64,000 nucleotides of DNA from an uncultured delta proteobacterium (GTDB lineage: Bacteria > Desulfobacterota > RBG-13-43-22), in the NCBI GenBank assembly GCA_963790475.1, contig CAWBOS010000012.1:640001-704000 (forward strand). Reading direction: 5' to 3'. Positions 10,039 through 20,849 of this stretch are shown here, one piece after another (the first letter of the stretch is position 1; each line of letters starts with the position of its first letter). The notes under the pieces are model-generated. The model was not told the origin of the DNA. It saw only the letters and a list, made by a program, of their open reading frames with translations, and did no database searches. The translations under genes were made by a program, and so were the position numbers.

Positions 10039-11184
10039 CTATAGAAGTTCTAAAGATAGCAATGAAAGCAAAAAGATCATGGGGATTAGGAACATAAGAA
10101 ACAGATTAAGCTTTGTTCTTTCTTTTGTAAAGACCAAAAGATTGAAAACCAATAACCCTAATGTGGCTCTGGCATAAGACCAGGGTTCGACCCAGATCAA
10201 ATGATTCAAAAAGGCGGTCATCAGGGCATATCCCAGGAAGGACAGGGTAAGGGGGCTGTAATATTTAAAGATATCATACAGGGCGGTGATTATAAGGACG
10301 GAGATCAATAATAAATACAAGAGTTCGGAAATTTTTTCATAAGAAAGACTGCCATGGGCCAAAGAAAGAAATTTTTCCATGATGCCCTGGAAGGGGAGAC
10401 CGAAATTTTGGGTTCCTCCAAGAAAGGAAAAAGTCTGAAAATGGGCATAGAGGTAGAGTTGCCAAAAGAAAAAAGTCAAAAGAGGGAAGAGCATATAAAG
10501 GGATTTTCGAAAGTCCTTTTTCCCGAAAAAGTAAAATAGAAAAGCCATGCTAACCAGTAGGGTGGTCTCCTGGGTGAGGCCGGCCAAGGAAAGGGAAATG
10601 ATTTGCTGGAACGGTTTTCCTTTAATATAAAAAAAGACGGCGATGACCGTAAAAGTCATGGCCAAGGGTTCCGGTAGGCTGCGTAAAAGGCAAAGCAAAA
10701 ATCCCCAGGAGGCAGGATAAAAGAGGCCATACCAGGGGCTAAGCCCAAAATGTTTGAGAATCAAAATAAAAAACCAAGTCCCCAATAAGATTCCCAGGAG
10801 ATTCACCGCCACCATCATCCAGGGAATCAAGGGCGGTTGGCCAAAGGACAGCAGCCAAGTCGCCAGCGGGTAAATAATGCGTTGATAACGATAGGCCGGA
10901 AAATCGATATGATCGTAATTTTGACCCAATATGAAGGGATCATGAGCAATATAGTAATAGAATTGTCCGTCGTAGCCGACACTTCCCTTATGAATGAGGG
11001 TTTCCGCCGTCCAAATTTGAGGGGCCTTGAAATAATCTCCTATGACCATAAATCCGGTAATATTCTTGTTAACCTTAAACGAAAAGAGAAAGAGAATCCA
11101 CAAAAAGACAGCAGCAATTAATAATAAAATTACTAGATCCTTTTTAATTTGAGCTTTTAGAAGTCTATTGATATATTTCATCAT
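10039..11184 (-). CDS. Polytopic GT-C-like protein of the AZOBR_p60025 cell-surface glycopolymer formation type
   Basis: GYDGQFYYYIAHDPF, PAYRYQRIIYPL and EPLA motifs; about 10 TM segments. Confidence 0.7.
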   Translation of the reverse strand: MMKYINRLLKAQIKKDLVILLLIAAVFLWILFLFSFKVNKNITGFMVIGDYFKAPQIWTAETLIHKGSVGYDGQFYYYIAHDPFILGQNYDHIDFPAYRYQRIIYPLATWLLSFGQPPLIPWMMVAVNLLGILLGTWFFILILKHFGLSPWYGLFYPASWGFLLCLLRSLPEPLAMTFTVIAVFFYIKGKPFQQIISLSLAGLTQETTLLVSMAFLFYFFGKKDFRKSLYMLFPLLTFFFWQLYLYAHFQTFSFLGGTQNFGLPFQGIMEKFLSLAHGSLSYEKISELLYLLLISVLIITALYDIFKYYSPLTLSFLGYALMTAFLNHLIWVEPWSYARATLGLLVFNLLVFTKERTKLNLFLMFLIPMIFLLSLLSLELL

Positions 11185-11230
11185 ATATTCAGTTGTTCTC
11201 CCAACAAAGCAAAAACAATGGTGATGAAGA

Positions 11231-13194
11231 ATGGGTCAAAAAATCTGGTATAGACATATAATAGTTATAGCCCTATTTACGGTCATTACTCTTTTAATGA
11301 CCTATCCAGCCGTTTTTCAATGGACACATTCTATAATAGGAGACCATGCGGATTCGGTTTTTAATGCTTGGATATTGGCCTGGGATGTCCATAAAATCAC
11401 TTCGGGAGAATTTTTATCCCTTTTAATGCCAATATTTTTTATCCTCATCCCAATACCTTGGCTTATTCCGAACATATGTTGGGCAATTCCTTGTGGGCCT
11501 TACCCATCATGGCGATATCTAAAAACCCGGTACTAACCTATAATATTTTTTCCTTGTTGGCTTAATTCTATCTGCCTTTGGAATGTATCTCTTGGTCTTT
11601 GACCTGACAGAGAATCTTTATGCGGCTATTGCCTCGGGCATGATTTTCGGCTTTTTCCCCTGGCGATTTGCCCATGCTGCTCACATCCAATTGCAAATGG
11701 CCCAAGGGATCCCTTTAACCTTTCTTTATCTACACCGATTTTTTAGAAATAGGTCCTATAAAAATGCCCTCCTTTTTACCCTATTCTTCATTATGCAATT
11801 TATGTCCTGCGGCTACTATGGGATATATCTGGTTCTTTTTGTCTGTCTGCTGATATCCTTAACTTTGTTTCAAAGGATATCCCTCTTAAGCCCTTGGTCC
11901 TTCCCTTGGGATTATTTGCGACCATTTCCGCTCTCTGTATTTTTCCTATCTATTATCCTTACGTTAAAGTCAAGCAAGAAATGGGGTTTACCCGTCACCT
12001 GGATGAAGTAATTCATTATTCTCCCGATCTCTTAAGTTACCTGAACACCACGGTTATTAATGGAGTTTGGTGGAAACCAACACAAATTTTTTGGAGACCG
12101 GAAGGGGAGCTGTTTCTTGCCTTAACAACCATCTTCCTCGGAATAAAAGGGATTCTTGCTGTGGTAAGAAGGAAAGATCGATTAGCCCAAAATAATTTTC
12201 AAATCAGGCGAAATGGCAGGTTTCTTAGATTTTCGAATAATGTTATAGGTTTCTTATTTATTCTTTATGTGATGGTTGTCCTGTATGTTTTTATAACCGG
12301 AGGATTTTCCACAACGATCTTCGGATTGAAGATCAGTGCAACAGACCTTGAGCGCCCTCTTTTGATCATGATCATTTTGGGGGGATTTAAGATCTTGTTC
12401 GAAGGGGCTATCAAAGGGCGATTTCGGACTTTTGGGCTTTCCTTTACTTCATCAATTCCCAGATTCTATTTTTGGGTACTCTTATTATCCTTTTTATTTT
12501 CTCTCGGGCCGATCATACACTCTCATGGTCAAGAAATTTTCCAGTACGGTCCTTATGGCTTTTTACACCACTATTTCCCCGGGTTTGATGGATTAAGGGC
12601 ACCATCGAGGTTTATTATCATGGTGGCCTTCAGCTTAAGTGTTTTTGCGGGCTTCGGCTTAAATACAATGTTGGCAAAATTTAAGAGGGCTAAGACAAAA
12701 ACCTTGATTACAGTCATCGCCTCCTTATTGATATTGTTCGAATACGCATCAGTTCCCATCAAGATGGCCTCTATTCCCACTGGGAAAAATATATCTCTGG
12801 TTTATCAATGGCTTTCCAAACAAAAGGGTGATTTCCCCTATCTTGGAGCTTCCTCTGCCCAATATACCCCAGGAAGTCTGAAGAGAAACTATGCGGGTTT
12901 AATTATTTCACCTATCATTGGAAAAAACTGGTCAACGGCTATAGCGGATATTTTCCTCCGGATTATGATTTTCTCTATCAAAAGGGGTTAAAAGGGTTCC
13001 CATCAAAAGATTCTATTGACCTGTTACAGAAACGGGGAATAAAATATCTTAATATCCATTTTGATGAATATGAGAACCAAGACCAGGAAAGGATAAAAGG
13101 TTCATTAAAAAATTACCAAGGACCGATTCGACCGGCGATCCATTTTGAAAACGATTTTGTTTATGAATTCGCCGGATTTAAAGCTTCTTTGTAA
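11231..13194 (+). pseudogene. Disrupted YfhO-like GT-C glycosyltransferase (paralog of 44077..47211)
   Basis: Fragments in different frames read as one protein: NAWILAWD / NANIFYPHPNTLAYSEH / FFPWRFAH / LRAPSRF / ILELP / HWKKLVNGYSGYFPP...TAA 13192-13194. Frameshifts near 11420, 11560, 11890, 12838 and 12900; in-frame TGA at 12879. Confidence 0.8.
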
Positions 13195-13426
13195 GGAGGT
13201 ATGAAAAAGTCCCTTTACCTGGACAGTAAGGGTTTTTTCGCCGCCATGCTGGTTTATTATTCATATTCTTCTGTCTGTAGTCCTTCAGTCCCTATCCAGA
13301 TACGAGTGCATCTACTGTTTTGGGTGGTTCTTTTGGGGCTGGTTACCTCGGAAGGGGCTACCGGTTTATCTATAACGGGATAACGGTGTTTGGTTGTTAC
13401 GAAGGAATGTCGGGTTTAAATACCTC

Positions 13427-14599
13427 TCAAACCCAATAATGCCGTTTCTTGAATTTTCTGATTAAGTATTCAAGGTATTTAAAGGCCAGTCTCTCTATGC
13501 GGGACATCAAGGGTCGAACTAAAAGGCCGATTTTTTTTTGCTCCAGAGATTTCCAGGTCCATCGGCCAATTTGTTTTTTTATATCCAAGGCCATAAAGAA
13601 TTCGGCATGGTTAATTGTTGATTTGAGTTCATTGTGATCTATAAAAAGCCTCTCTTGATCGTTTTTGAATCGCCCTATGAGCTCCTGTTGCCCCACAAAT
13701 ATTTTCCATTTTTTGAACAAAGTCAGACTGTTTTTTAAAAGACGGTTTGCTCGACGCTGGGCCTCCGGTGAATCCAGATAAAAGAGATAAAAACTTTTTC
13801 TGGCATAGAAGAGGTGTTCGTCGAAATACTGGTGAACATTTCTTTCCAAGGCTTCAGCCCTGACCAGCCCATGACTTTCAAATTGTTTCTGCCACCATTC
13901 CGTAGGGGCCCAAATCAGATGCCCGTTAGCCGGAATGGCCGGGTCGATGGACTCGGCGTTCAGGTAATCAAAGGGTAACCTTTGGTTGAATTTTTCCCGA
14001 TTCTCTTCCAATTCCAGAGGGAAAATTTCTCCAAAAACCCTATCTTCCCCAACAGCAGGAATATTAAAAAACAACAAGGCGTCTTTTTTGGCCAGGGCAA
14101 CCACAGAATCAATATAGTCATGGAGTTTTTTGGGATGGATATGTTCCCACAGGTCAAAGGCACAAAAGGTATCAAAGGTGATCTTTTGGGAATAAAATTC
14201 TTTACAGACATCCAGGATATCACCATTATCCACCTTGCCGATCAAAAGAGGCCATAGATTTTTCAATACATCTCGGCTAAACTCGATCCCTTGTACCTTG
14301 ATCTCACTGTCAAGTCCTAATAAAAATAACACATCCCCTCGGCCGCAGCCCAATTCCAATAAGGATTTTGGACTCAGGAATTTAAGAATCGAGGCCAGAA
14401 AGAAGGAATCGAATTTCACCTCTCCTTCCTTATAGTCGATATGGCTGTCAAAATAGGAGGTATCGTAATAACCGGTGTTGATAATGTTATTTAATAGGGT
14501 ATCAAAATCTTTTTCATTTTCAATTTGGATCAGATCAACCGGACGTCCGTCATTGAATAATTTGCCATCGGTTAACAGATTGGATTTCAAGATGCGCAT
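13427..14599 (-). CDS. Class I SAM-dependent methyltransferase
   Basis: LLELGCGRG motif I; FDTFCAFDLWEHI. Starts 7 nt downstream of paralog A2. Confidence 0.85.
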   Translation of the reverse strand: MRILKSNLLTDGKLFNDGRPVDLIQIENEKDFDTLLNNIINTGYYDTSYFDSHIDYKEGEVKFDSFFLASILKFLSPKSLLELGCGRGDVLFLLGLDSEIKVQGIEFSRDVLKNLWPLLIGKVDNGDILDVCKEFYSQKITFDTFCAFDLWEHIHPKKLHDYIDSVVALAKKDALLFFNIPAVGEDRVFGEIFPLELEENREKFNQRLPFDYLNAESIDPAIPANGHLIWAPTEWWQKQFESHGLVRAEALERNVHQYFDEHLFYARKSFYLFYLDSPEAQRRANRLLKNSLTLFKKWKIFVGQQELIGRFKNDQERLFIDHNELKSTINHAEFFMALDIKKQIGRWTWKSLEQKKIGLLVRPLMSRIERLAFKYLEYLIRKFKKRHYWV

Positions 14600-14606
14600 G
14601 GGTGGC

Positions 14607-17420
14607 TTACCCTTTACTACAACGCTGAAAGCTCAAAGCCGAGTGCTGAAATTGATTTGGTTGTCCTTTGAGCTGTGGGGATTTGGCTTGTTTTGATTTT
14701 TCATAGACCTCTGCTTCATAGATGGACCACCAATAAACTGGATCTTTCCCCAATTGGACCAGTTTAAGGTGGCGGATAAAGATCGGAGAAAAGAAATAAT
14801 AGCTTTTTTTATAAATCTGGTTCTGGGCCAAGGCATAATAGGTGTGAGAAGTTGTTTGAATATCCTGCCAATGCTGTCCATCCGGGGAACCCATTATTTT
14901 AAGGTTCCGGGGATAGTCATTGAGGGAACTGCCAAAAAATAAAGAGAACCCGTTTACCGAATAGTCACTTCCAAGGTCGATTTGAAAAAACATTCCCGGC
15001 TCCTGGCCTCTGGAACTGCTCCAACGAGTGAAAGGATCTCCATCAACAGCCAGACCGGCTTGGTCATTATTAATATTTGAAAAGACCCTAATCTGGTTCG
15101 GTGAGATCTTATTAAGATCTTTTACCGGAAACAGGGTATTAACATTTAATGGCTTCCCTTTCTTTTTTCCCCCTCCCTTATTCCATAATTCTCCCCAATC
15201 CACAGCTTCCCCGAAAAGCTGATGGGGGTCCTCCCAATCCGGTGTTTCCTGAATGGCCTGCTCCAAGAAATGAATGGCTGTTTGCCAATTGACCTGCTTA
15301 CGCCGTGTCTCTAAATCAGCACCAGGGAAGAGATGATGGGGGCCGGTAGGGTCGTCCATCCAATGATCCAGGGCGCGCTGGGCCTGATGGTAAGCCTCCA
15401 GGGCCTTCTCGGAGGGTCTGGCAGGGGTTTCGGAAGCTTCGTAGATGAACAGCTCCGCTATGGTCCATGGTTCATTCGGGTCTTCCGGGGTAGTAAGGTT
15501 AGTCAGGCGCACAAATCGGGCCAGGCGAGGGGCAAAGGAAATTTGAAGGCGGGGGGCCTGATCAAGTCGTGGATGTCCTTGGAACCAGTAAAGACCGGGC
15601 AGCATATCATTGGCTGAGAGTTCCGATATTTTTTCCCAATGCTTTTGATCCAGGGATATTTCCAGCCTAAATCCTGAGGGGAGCCCGTACCCGATCGGGC
15701 CAGGCAGGACGGATATCCTGGCCAGCCGTTTTGGCTTGCCCAAGTCCACGGCCAGCCAATCACCAGCCCGTTTAAGGATCTTCCAGGAGGTTAATATATC
15801 ACGATCTTTAATGAGCCGGCATTGGTCTTGCTCTTGACTGGCTGTAATACGCCAATCCAGCGGAGGAATCGACCTGAGATTGTCAGGCGGTTCCTTGAAG
15901 TTATGCCAAAATACATAAGGACCCACCTCTTCACGGCTAGAGGATCCTCCAAGAATTCGGAGAACCGCAGCCATAGTTTCCGGATAGGGATTGCCCAGTC
16001 TCTGGTGAGTCACTATGGCGATTTCTTTGGCGGGGGCGGCATCTACCGCCCGGAGATAATTATAATTGCGCTGCCCATAGTAATCGGCACAGATAATTTC
16101 CCCTCGACTCTCAAAGGTAAGGACTTGAGAAATCCGACTATCGGCATAAGCGTAGCGGATCCCCTTGTCCTTTAAGGTCTTAATCAGGTTATCTATGGGA
16201 CGGTAGGGCAAGTTCTTAAATTCGTCCAGAAAGAGAAAATGAAGAAATAGGTTGAAACAAAGGAGACCGATCAGGACCGCGCTGCCGACGGCCCTACGAA
16301 ATTGAAAGATTTTACCCAACCAGATGGCTACCAGGATCGTAAAAGGTACATAAAGCGATAATGAATAACGAAGAGACCCTGTTGCTCCTTGTTCGCTGGT
16401 GGAAAAAGCCAGGACCAAGATCCAAAAAGTGGCAACTACCAGATCTTTTGGTCCTTGAAAAGGGTTCCGGAGGGAAATGATCCTGCGGAGCCATTGAAAA
16501 ATGGTAATTAAGGAAATGGAAAAAGCCGGAAGATAAATTAGGATAAAGACGGTCCAGGCCAAAAAAGAAGGAACCGAAGGAAGGACGCTGTGACCATCCC
16601 ACCAATCGCCGAGCAGGGATTGAAATAAGGAGAGGCGAAGAACCGTGTAGATCCGGGTTGGGAGTTGATTGAAAATGCCGACCCCGTGGCCTTCAAAAAA
16701 ACCGAACGTGGAGAAATTATGCAAATATTGCCAAAGCCAAAAAGGCGAGGACCCAAGGAGAAAACCGGCTAACCCCATCCAAGGAATCCGGCTAAGAAGC
16801 AGGCGGGGCCGGGCCAAAGATAAACCGGCGGCCCCGGCCAGTAAAAAAGGAACGGATAACAGGCTGGAATACCATCCCAGCCCGGCTATGAGACCGATCA
16901 GGAAGGCCAGGGTAATTGGGTTTTTCGAGGGTTTAAAGGCCAGCCAACAAATAGCGAATAGCACGAAGGTCCCGGCCGCACAGGCCTCCACATGCCCGCC
17001 GGTGGCTAACAGTCCAACGATGCTTAAATAAAGAGGTGACAAGGCCCAGTAGATCGCCGCCAGAAAACCGACCACCGATCCGCCTACCAAGGTGCCGATC
17101 CTATTTACCAAAAAAAGCATGAAGGCCATAATGCAAACGTCGGTCAGGTGAAGGACAAAAGCAGAGGACCCCAAGAGATAGAAAAGAAAACCGGCTAGGT
17201 AGGCTTCCAAGGCCCCCATATAAGGTTGACCCCAGAAAAAAAGTTGAGGCTCTCCTTTTAGAATATGGAGGGCCATTTCCCCGGTAACGGCCTCGTCGTA
17301 GAAAGTCTCGGCCAGTAAAGGAGATCGGGCCATGATCCAGCGGATGAGAAAATGGATGCCAAGCAGAACAATTAGTCCGAAGAGTATTTCGAGGCGGCGG
17401 GATTTATCCTTTGGGATCAT
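14607..17420 (-). CDS. GT-C glycosyltransferase with two discoidin domains and a TPR-like helical insert; paralog A2
   Basis: YDEAVTGEMALHILKG...WGQPYMGALEAY; discoidin motifs IKDRDILTSW..VDLG and AVDGDPFTRWSS..QIDLG; DPVYWWSIYE. Confidence 0.85.
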   Translation of the reverse strand: MIPKDKSRRLEILFGLIVLLGIHFLIRWIMARSPLLAETFYDEAVTGEMALHILKGEPQLFFWGQPYMGALEAYLAGFLFYLLGSSAFVLHLTDVCIMAFMLFLVNRIGTLVGGSVVGFLAAIYWALSPLYLSIVGLLATGGHVEACAAGTFVLFAICWLAFKPSKNPITLAFLIGLIAGLGWYSSLLSVPFLLAGAAGLSLARPRLLLSRIPWMGLAGFLLGSSPFWLWQYLHNFSTFGFFEGHGVGIFNQLPTRIYTVLRLSLFQSLLGDWWDGHSVLPSVPSFLAWTVFILIYLPAFSISLITIFQWLRRIISLRNPFQGPKDLVVATFWILVLAFSTSEQGATGSLRYSLSLYVPFTILVAIWLGKIFQFRRAVGSAVLIGLLCFNLFLHFLFLDEFKNLPYRPIDNLIKTLKDKGIRYAYADSRISQVLTFESRGEIICADYYGQRNYNYLRAVDAAPAKEIAIVTHQRLGNPYPETMAAVLRILGGSSSREEVGPYVFWHNFKEPPDNLRSIPPLDWRITASQEQDQCRLIKDRDILTSWKILKRAGDWLAVDLGKPKRLARISVLPGPIGYGLPSGFRLEISLDQKHWEKISELSANDMLPGLYWFQGHPRLDQAPRLQISFAPRLARFVRLTNLTTPEDPNEPWTIAELFIYEASETPARPSEKALEAYHQAQRALDHWMDDPTGPHHLFPGADLETRRKQVNWQTAIHFLEQAIQETPDWEDPHQLFGEAVDWGELWNKGGGKKKGKPLNVNTLFPVKDLNKISPNQIRVFSNINNDQAGLAVDGDPFTRWSSSRGQEPGMFFQIDLGSDYSVNGFSLFFGSSLNDYPRNLKIMGSPDGQHWQDIQTTSHTYYALAQNQIYKKSYYFFSPIFIRHLKLVQLGKDPVYWWSIYEAEVYEKSKQAKSPQLKGQPNQFQHSALSFQRCSKG

Positions 17421-17700
17421 AGGACCGCCCTTTCTTTTTTATAGTCGTTTTGCTAAAGGTCCTAAAGGACAAAAGGATAATTTCTAACAGGCAGACGGAG
17501 GTGAGGACCAGGCCGCTATAGAAAAGGTAGAAATGGAATGAAAAATTGATTTGGCGTCTTCCGTTGGGGACATAAATGCTCCTTAAACCATAATCGGCTT
17601 TAAAAATTGGAGAGAATCTTTGATCAATAGTTGCCCTCCTGTAAAGGTTGTAAGCGTTACTGAGGATCAAGAATTTGTCCTCCTAGGCTTTGGTAACTTC
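17404..17700 (-). pseudogene. C-terminal remnant of a YfhO-family protein
   Basis: FLILSNAYN...RATIDQRFSPIFKADYGLRSIYVPNGRRQINFSF plus a final TM resembles the YfhO C-terminus (LILSDAYYPGWKATVDG...ANYxLRAVxVPAGxHxVxF). An upstream in-frame TAG and no N-terminal part. Confidence 0.6.
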
Positions 17701-17807
17701 CACAAGTATCCTCATAGATTTGAAAGGCCCTATAACCAAGGTATTTGAGATATTTCTACTTGATATCTTTCCTGAGAGAGAAATAATAAATAGGGGAACT
17801 TCTCCCA

Positions 17808-17882
17808 TCAAGATAAAACGTAGGATCGTATGGCATTAGCATATACCTGATATCCTTCATCAGTCAAGTGAATGCCATCGGC
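17808..17882 (-). pseudogene. 3' remnant of an SGNH/GDSL hydrolase gene, paralog of 39463..40089
   Basis: Encodes ADGIHLTDEGYQVYANAIRSYVLS*, versus PDGIHLNEAGYQVYANAIRSYVLS* in the intact gene. Nucleotide differences are mostly synonymous. Confidence 0.85.
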
Positions 17883-18051
17883 ATGGACTTATAACAAAGA
17901 CATAATGTATTTGTCAATTTTTTAGGCTAACTTGAGCGGATAGCCGGTTTGATTCATACGGACTCTCTTTAACAGGGCCCCCCAAAAAAGATCATAGCTG
18001 GGGATGGGCTTTTATTGAGCCGGCCTTTTTGCCCTAATCCTTCCGACGTAA

Positions 18052-20793
18052 TTAAAATAATTCCAACTCATGGATCGACCACCAATAAACCGGGTCTTGT
18101 CCTACTTCAAGCAACCTGAGATATCTAAGATGGGTGGGGGGAAAAAAGAAATGGGTTTTTTCTCCGGTCATTTTTAAGAGGGTGTCCCCTGTCCAATAAA
18201 GTTCCGATCTTGCTGTAGCCTTTATTTCTTGCCATGAACTTCCATCCAAGGAAGAAAGGACTCTGAGAGAACGAGGATAATCATGTCTATATTCCCCCAA
18301 AGATAGTGTGAGCCCCTTGACGAGCTGGACCGTTTTCAAATCGATTTGATAATAAATGCCGGGCTCTTGGGGTTTCCTACTGCTCCAACGCGTTTTAGGA
18401 TCCCGATCAATAGCCTTTCTCGCTTCCTGGGGATTGGCATTGGAGGTGACCTCCCAATACTTAACTGGAAGATAAGGTTGGCCTTTGGGACTTGAAAAAC
18501 CGTAATAGGCAATAAAAGGCCCTATCTCTTTTTTGCGAAAGAAATAATTATATTCCCTCAATATTTTTTCTAATTCTTTGTTCTCTTTTTTAATGATCAG
18601 GGCCACTTTCCGACCAAGATGGGTTCTTTCAAATCTCTCGCCAACAAGCCCAATTTCTCCCTCCTCCCCAATAAGGAAATTCGAGGTGACTATCCCCATC
18701 TTCCAGTCACTCTTTACACGAATAACGGCTGAAAGCCAAGGATTCGCGTAAACAAAATCGATTTTCTGGGCCTTCAAAAAAGTCACAAGGTAGTCGATTT
18801 CCTGCTCCCCAGGAGATATGGTTTTTATTTTTCCATTTTCATCATCCGGACTGAATAAAAATAATTCGTTGATTGACCAGTGAATATCAGGGCTGTCTTG
18901 CAATAAACTAATTTTGACAAATCGGCACTGATGGGGTGGAAAGACGATTTCCACCCTTCCGTGGAGGGCCTTCATCATAGGAGTAGGTCCTGACCAAAAA
19001 AATGGACCTGTATATTTCGAAACACTGGCTACGATTTGCCAGTTTTTGCCATCTGAGGAAATGGCGACTTGATAACCAGCCGGAACCTCGGCATAGCTGG
19101 CGGGAATATAGGACATCTTTCCAATAGTTTCCACCCTTCCGAGATCCAACAGGAAGTAAGTCCCTTTTTTCTGAGGTCCATTGGTTTCCCAGCCAGTGGA
19201 GATATCGCCGTCAAAGGCATTTTTAACCTCTGACGGATAGAGGTCAGAAGTTCCAGTCCACAGATGACGAGGGACCACATGGTAAGTATTTTGAGGCGGC
19301 TTAAAATCGGTATAAAGAAGATAGCCATCCGGCGCTGTAACTTTCCGATAAGAGCCCCCGATGGCTTTTAAATTTTCTTCAAAATCCTTGTTTTCTCCTA
19401 ATGAAAGGTAGGCTGCCTTGGGAGATGCATCTACCTGGTCAGCATATTTACTAATTTCCAGGAGGGGAATGGCAGAGATAAGGGCCCCTTTACTTTTAAA
19501 CGTTAATCTTTTTCCCGAGTTATCCGAATAAAATCGGGTATAGCCATTTTTAATCATAAAATCAACCAAACGATTTTCTTTCTCATTGATTTTCTGATAG
19601 GTTATCAATTTCTTGGAGTTAAGAATGATCCAGCCATCATGCCTGAGGTTGCCTGTTAAATTGGAAAAGAGCACAAGCCCAAGAAGGGTGAAGGATAAAA
19701 GATAAGATTTCTTCCCTATATCGACCAAGAGCACTGAAACAAAAATAGGCAGGCAGGTATAAAGGGGCAAGAGATATTTCTGATCGTCATCGCTAAGGCG
19801 GCTTCCGAAGGGAGTAAGCAGATTGAGGAGGATATCCGCCAAAAAGAGAAAAAGAAGGATTTCCCCGCCGGTCGTTTTAGTAAGTCGGAGAGAAAAAGTC
19901 GACTTGAACCCTGGCCGGAATCTATAAATAAAATAGATGAATGCAATTAAATAAATTGGACCGATGATTAAGTAACCGGCAAGGTCCAGGTGGTCATTAC
20001 TCAAGGGGGGCCAGAATCCTAACACCACGGGAAAGGCATTTATAAGAAGGGCCTTAAGATATGGGAGAATATCAGCGACATCCCCTACCTTAGTTAGGCC
20101 GGTTATCGGAAAATGATGGATGACATTATAGGCCCAGAGAGGCGAGCTGCCAAGCAGGAACATGAAGAGCAAAAATAAAAAGTTTTTACTAAAAAGGACC
20201 TTTTTGTCTCTAAGGAAAAGAAAAAGCCCTACGGGTAGAAGGTAGCTTATAATTAAGTAATTGGTCCACCAGCCGATGCCTGATAATAATCCTATCAGCA
20301 TATAAAGGGCCCTCTTGGTCATAGGCGTTACATCCCCATAAATTAGTTTATGGGATATTAGTAAAAGGAAATTTCCAAAAATAATGGCCAGGGGATAGTG
20401 GAGCCTTGCCTCATGAGACCATCCCAAAAAAGATAAGGGTGGGATCGCTAATAGGGCGACACTGAATAGGGCTGTTTTATAATCAAAGAATGTTTTGGAC
20501 AGGAGGTATAAAAGGACGAGAAACAAAATGGATAGGATGATCGCTAAGAGTTCCAATCCTGAAGGAGATGGCCCTATAAAATGAAAAAAGGAGCCCCCCA
20601 AAAAAGCTTCCAGGGACCCCATAAAGTTTTGGCCTAAAAAAAATATAGGAAAATCTCCTTCCATTATCCGTAGGGTCATTAGGCCGACAGTTATTTCGTC
20701 TGAATCGAGGACTGTGATAAGGAGAACCAGCCCCCTGGTAATGATCGATGCCAAAACAATAATAATGAGAAATTTTAATTCCTTTTTTTTCAT
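18052..20793 (-). CDS. GT-C glycosyltransferase with two discoidin domains; paralog A3
   Basis: LDSDEITVGLMTLRIMEG...LGQNFMGSLEAF; AFDGDISTGW..LLDLG and AIDRDPKTRWSS..QIDL; DPVYWWSIHELELF. Confidence 0.85.
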   Translation of the reverse strand: MKKKELKFLIIIVLASIITRGLVLLITVLDSDEITVGLMTLRIMEGDFPIFFLGQNFMGSLEAFLGGSFFHFIGPSPSGLELLAIILSILFLVLLYLLSKTFFDYKTALFSVALLAIPPLSFLGWSHEARLHYPLAIIFGNFLLLISHKLIYGDVTPMTKRALYMLIGLLSGIGWWTNYLIISYLLPVGLFLFLRDKKVLFSKNFLFLLFMFLLGSSPLWAYNVIHHFPITGLTKVGDVADILPYLKALLINAFPVVLGFWPPLSNDHLDLAGYLIIGPIYLIAFIYFIYRFRPGFKSTFSLRLTKTTGGEILLFLFLADILLNLLTPFGSRLSDDDQKYLLPLYTCLPIFVSVLLVDIGKKSYLLSFTLLGLVLFSNLTGNLRHDGWIILNSKKLITYQKINEKENRLVDFMIKNGYTRFYSDNSGKRLTFKSKGALISAIPLLEISKYADQVDASPKAAYLSLGENKDFEENLKAIGGSYRKVTAPDGYLLYTDFKPPQNTYHVVPRHLWTGTSDLYPSEVKNAFDGDISTGWETNGPQKKGTYFLLDLGRVETIGKMSYIPASYAEVPAGYQVAISSDGKNWQIVASVSKYTGPFFWSGPTPMMKALHGRVEIVFPPHQCRFVKISLLQDSPDIHWSINELFLFSPDDENGKIKTISPGEQEIDYLVTFLKAQKIDFVYANPWLSAVIRVKSDWKMGIVTSNFLIGEEGEIGLVGERFERTHLGRKVALIIKKENKELEKILREYNYFFRKKEIGPFIAYYGFSSPKGQPYLPVKYWEVTSNANPQEARKAIDRDPKTRWSSRKPQEPGIYYQIDLKTVQLVKGLTLSLGEYRHDYPRSLRVLSSLDGSSWQEIKATARSELYWTGDTLLKMTGEKTHFFFPPTHLRYLRLLEVGQDPVYWWSIHELELF

Positions 20794-20849
20794 GAAAAAT
20801 CCAAAATAATTTGCTGTGGAATAATAGCTGGGTTATTGAATCCCTGGGC

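Noticed and set aside
13201-13383. 60-aa ORF with a good AGGAGG RBS after the pseudogene
   Set aside because: No recognisable motif; it may be a decayed gene start but cannot be supported as a feature.
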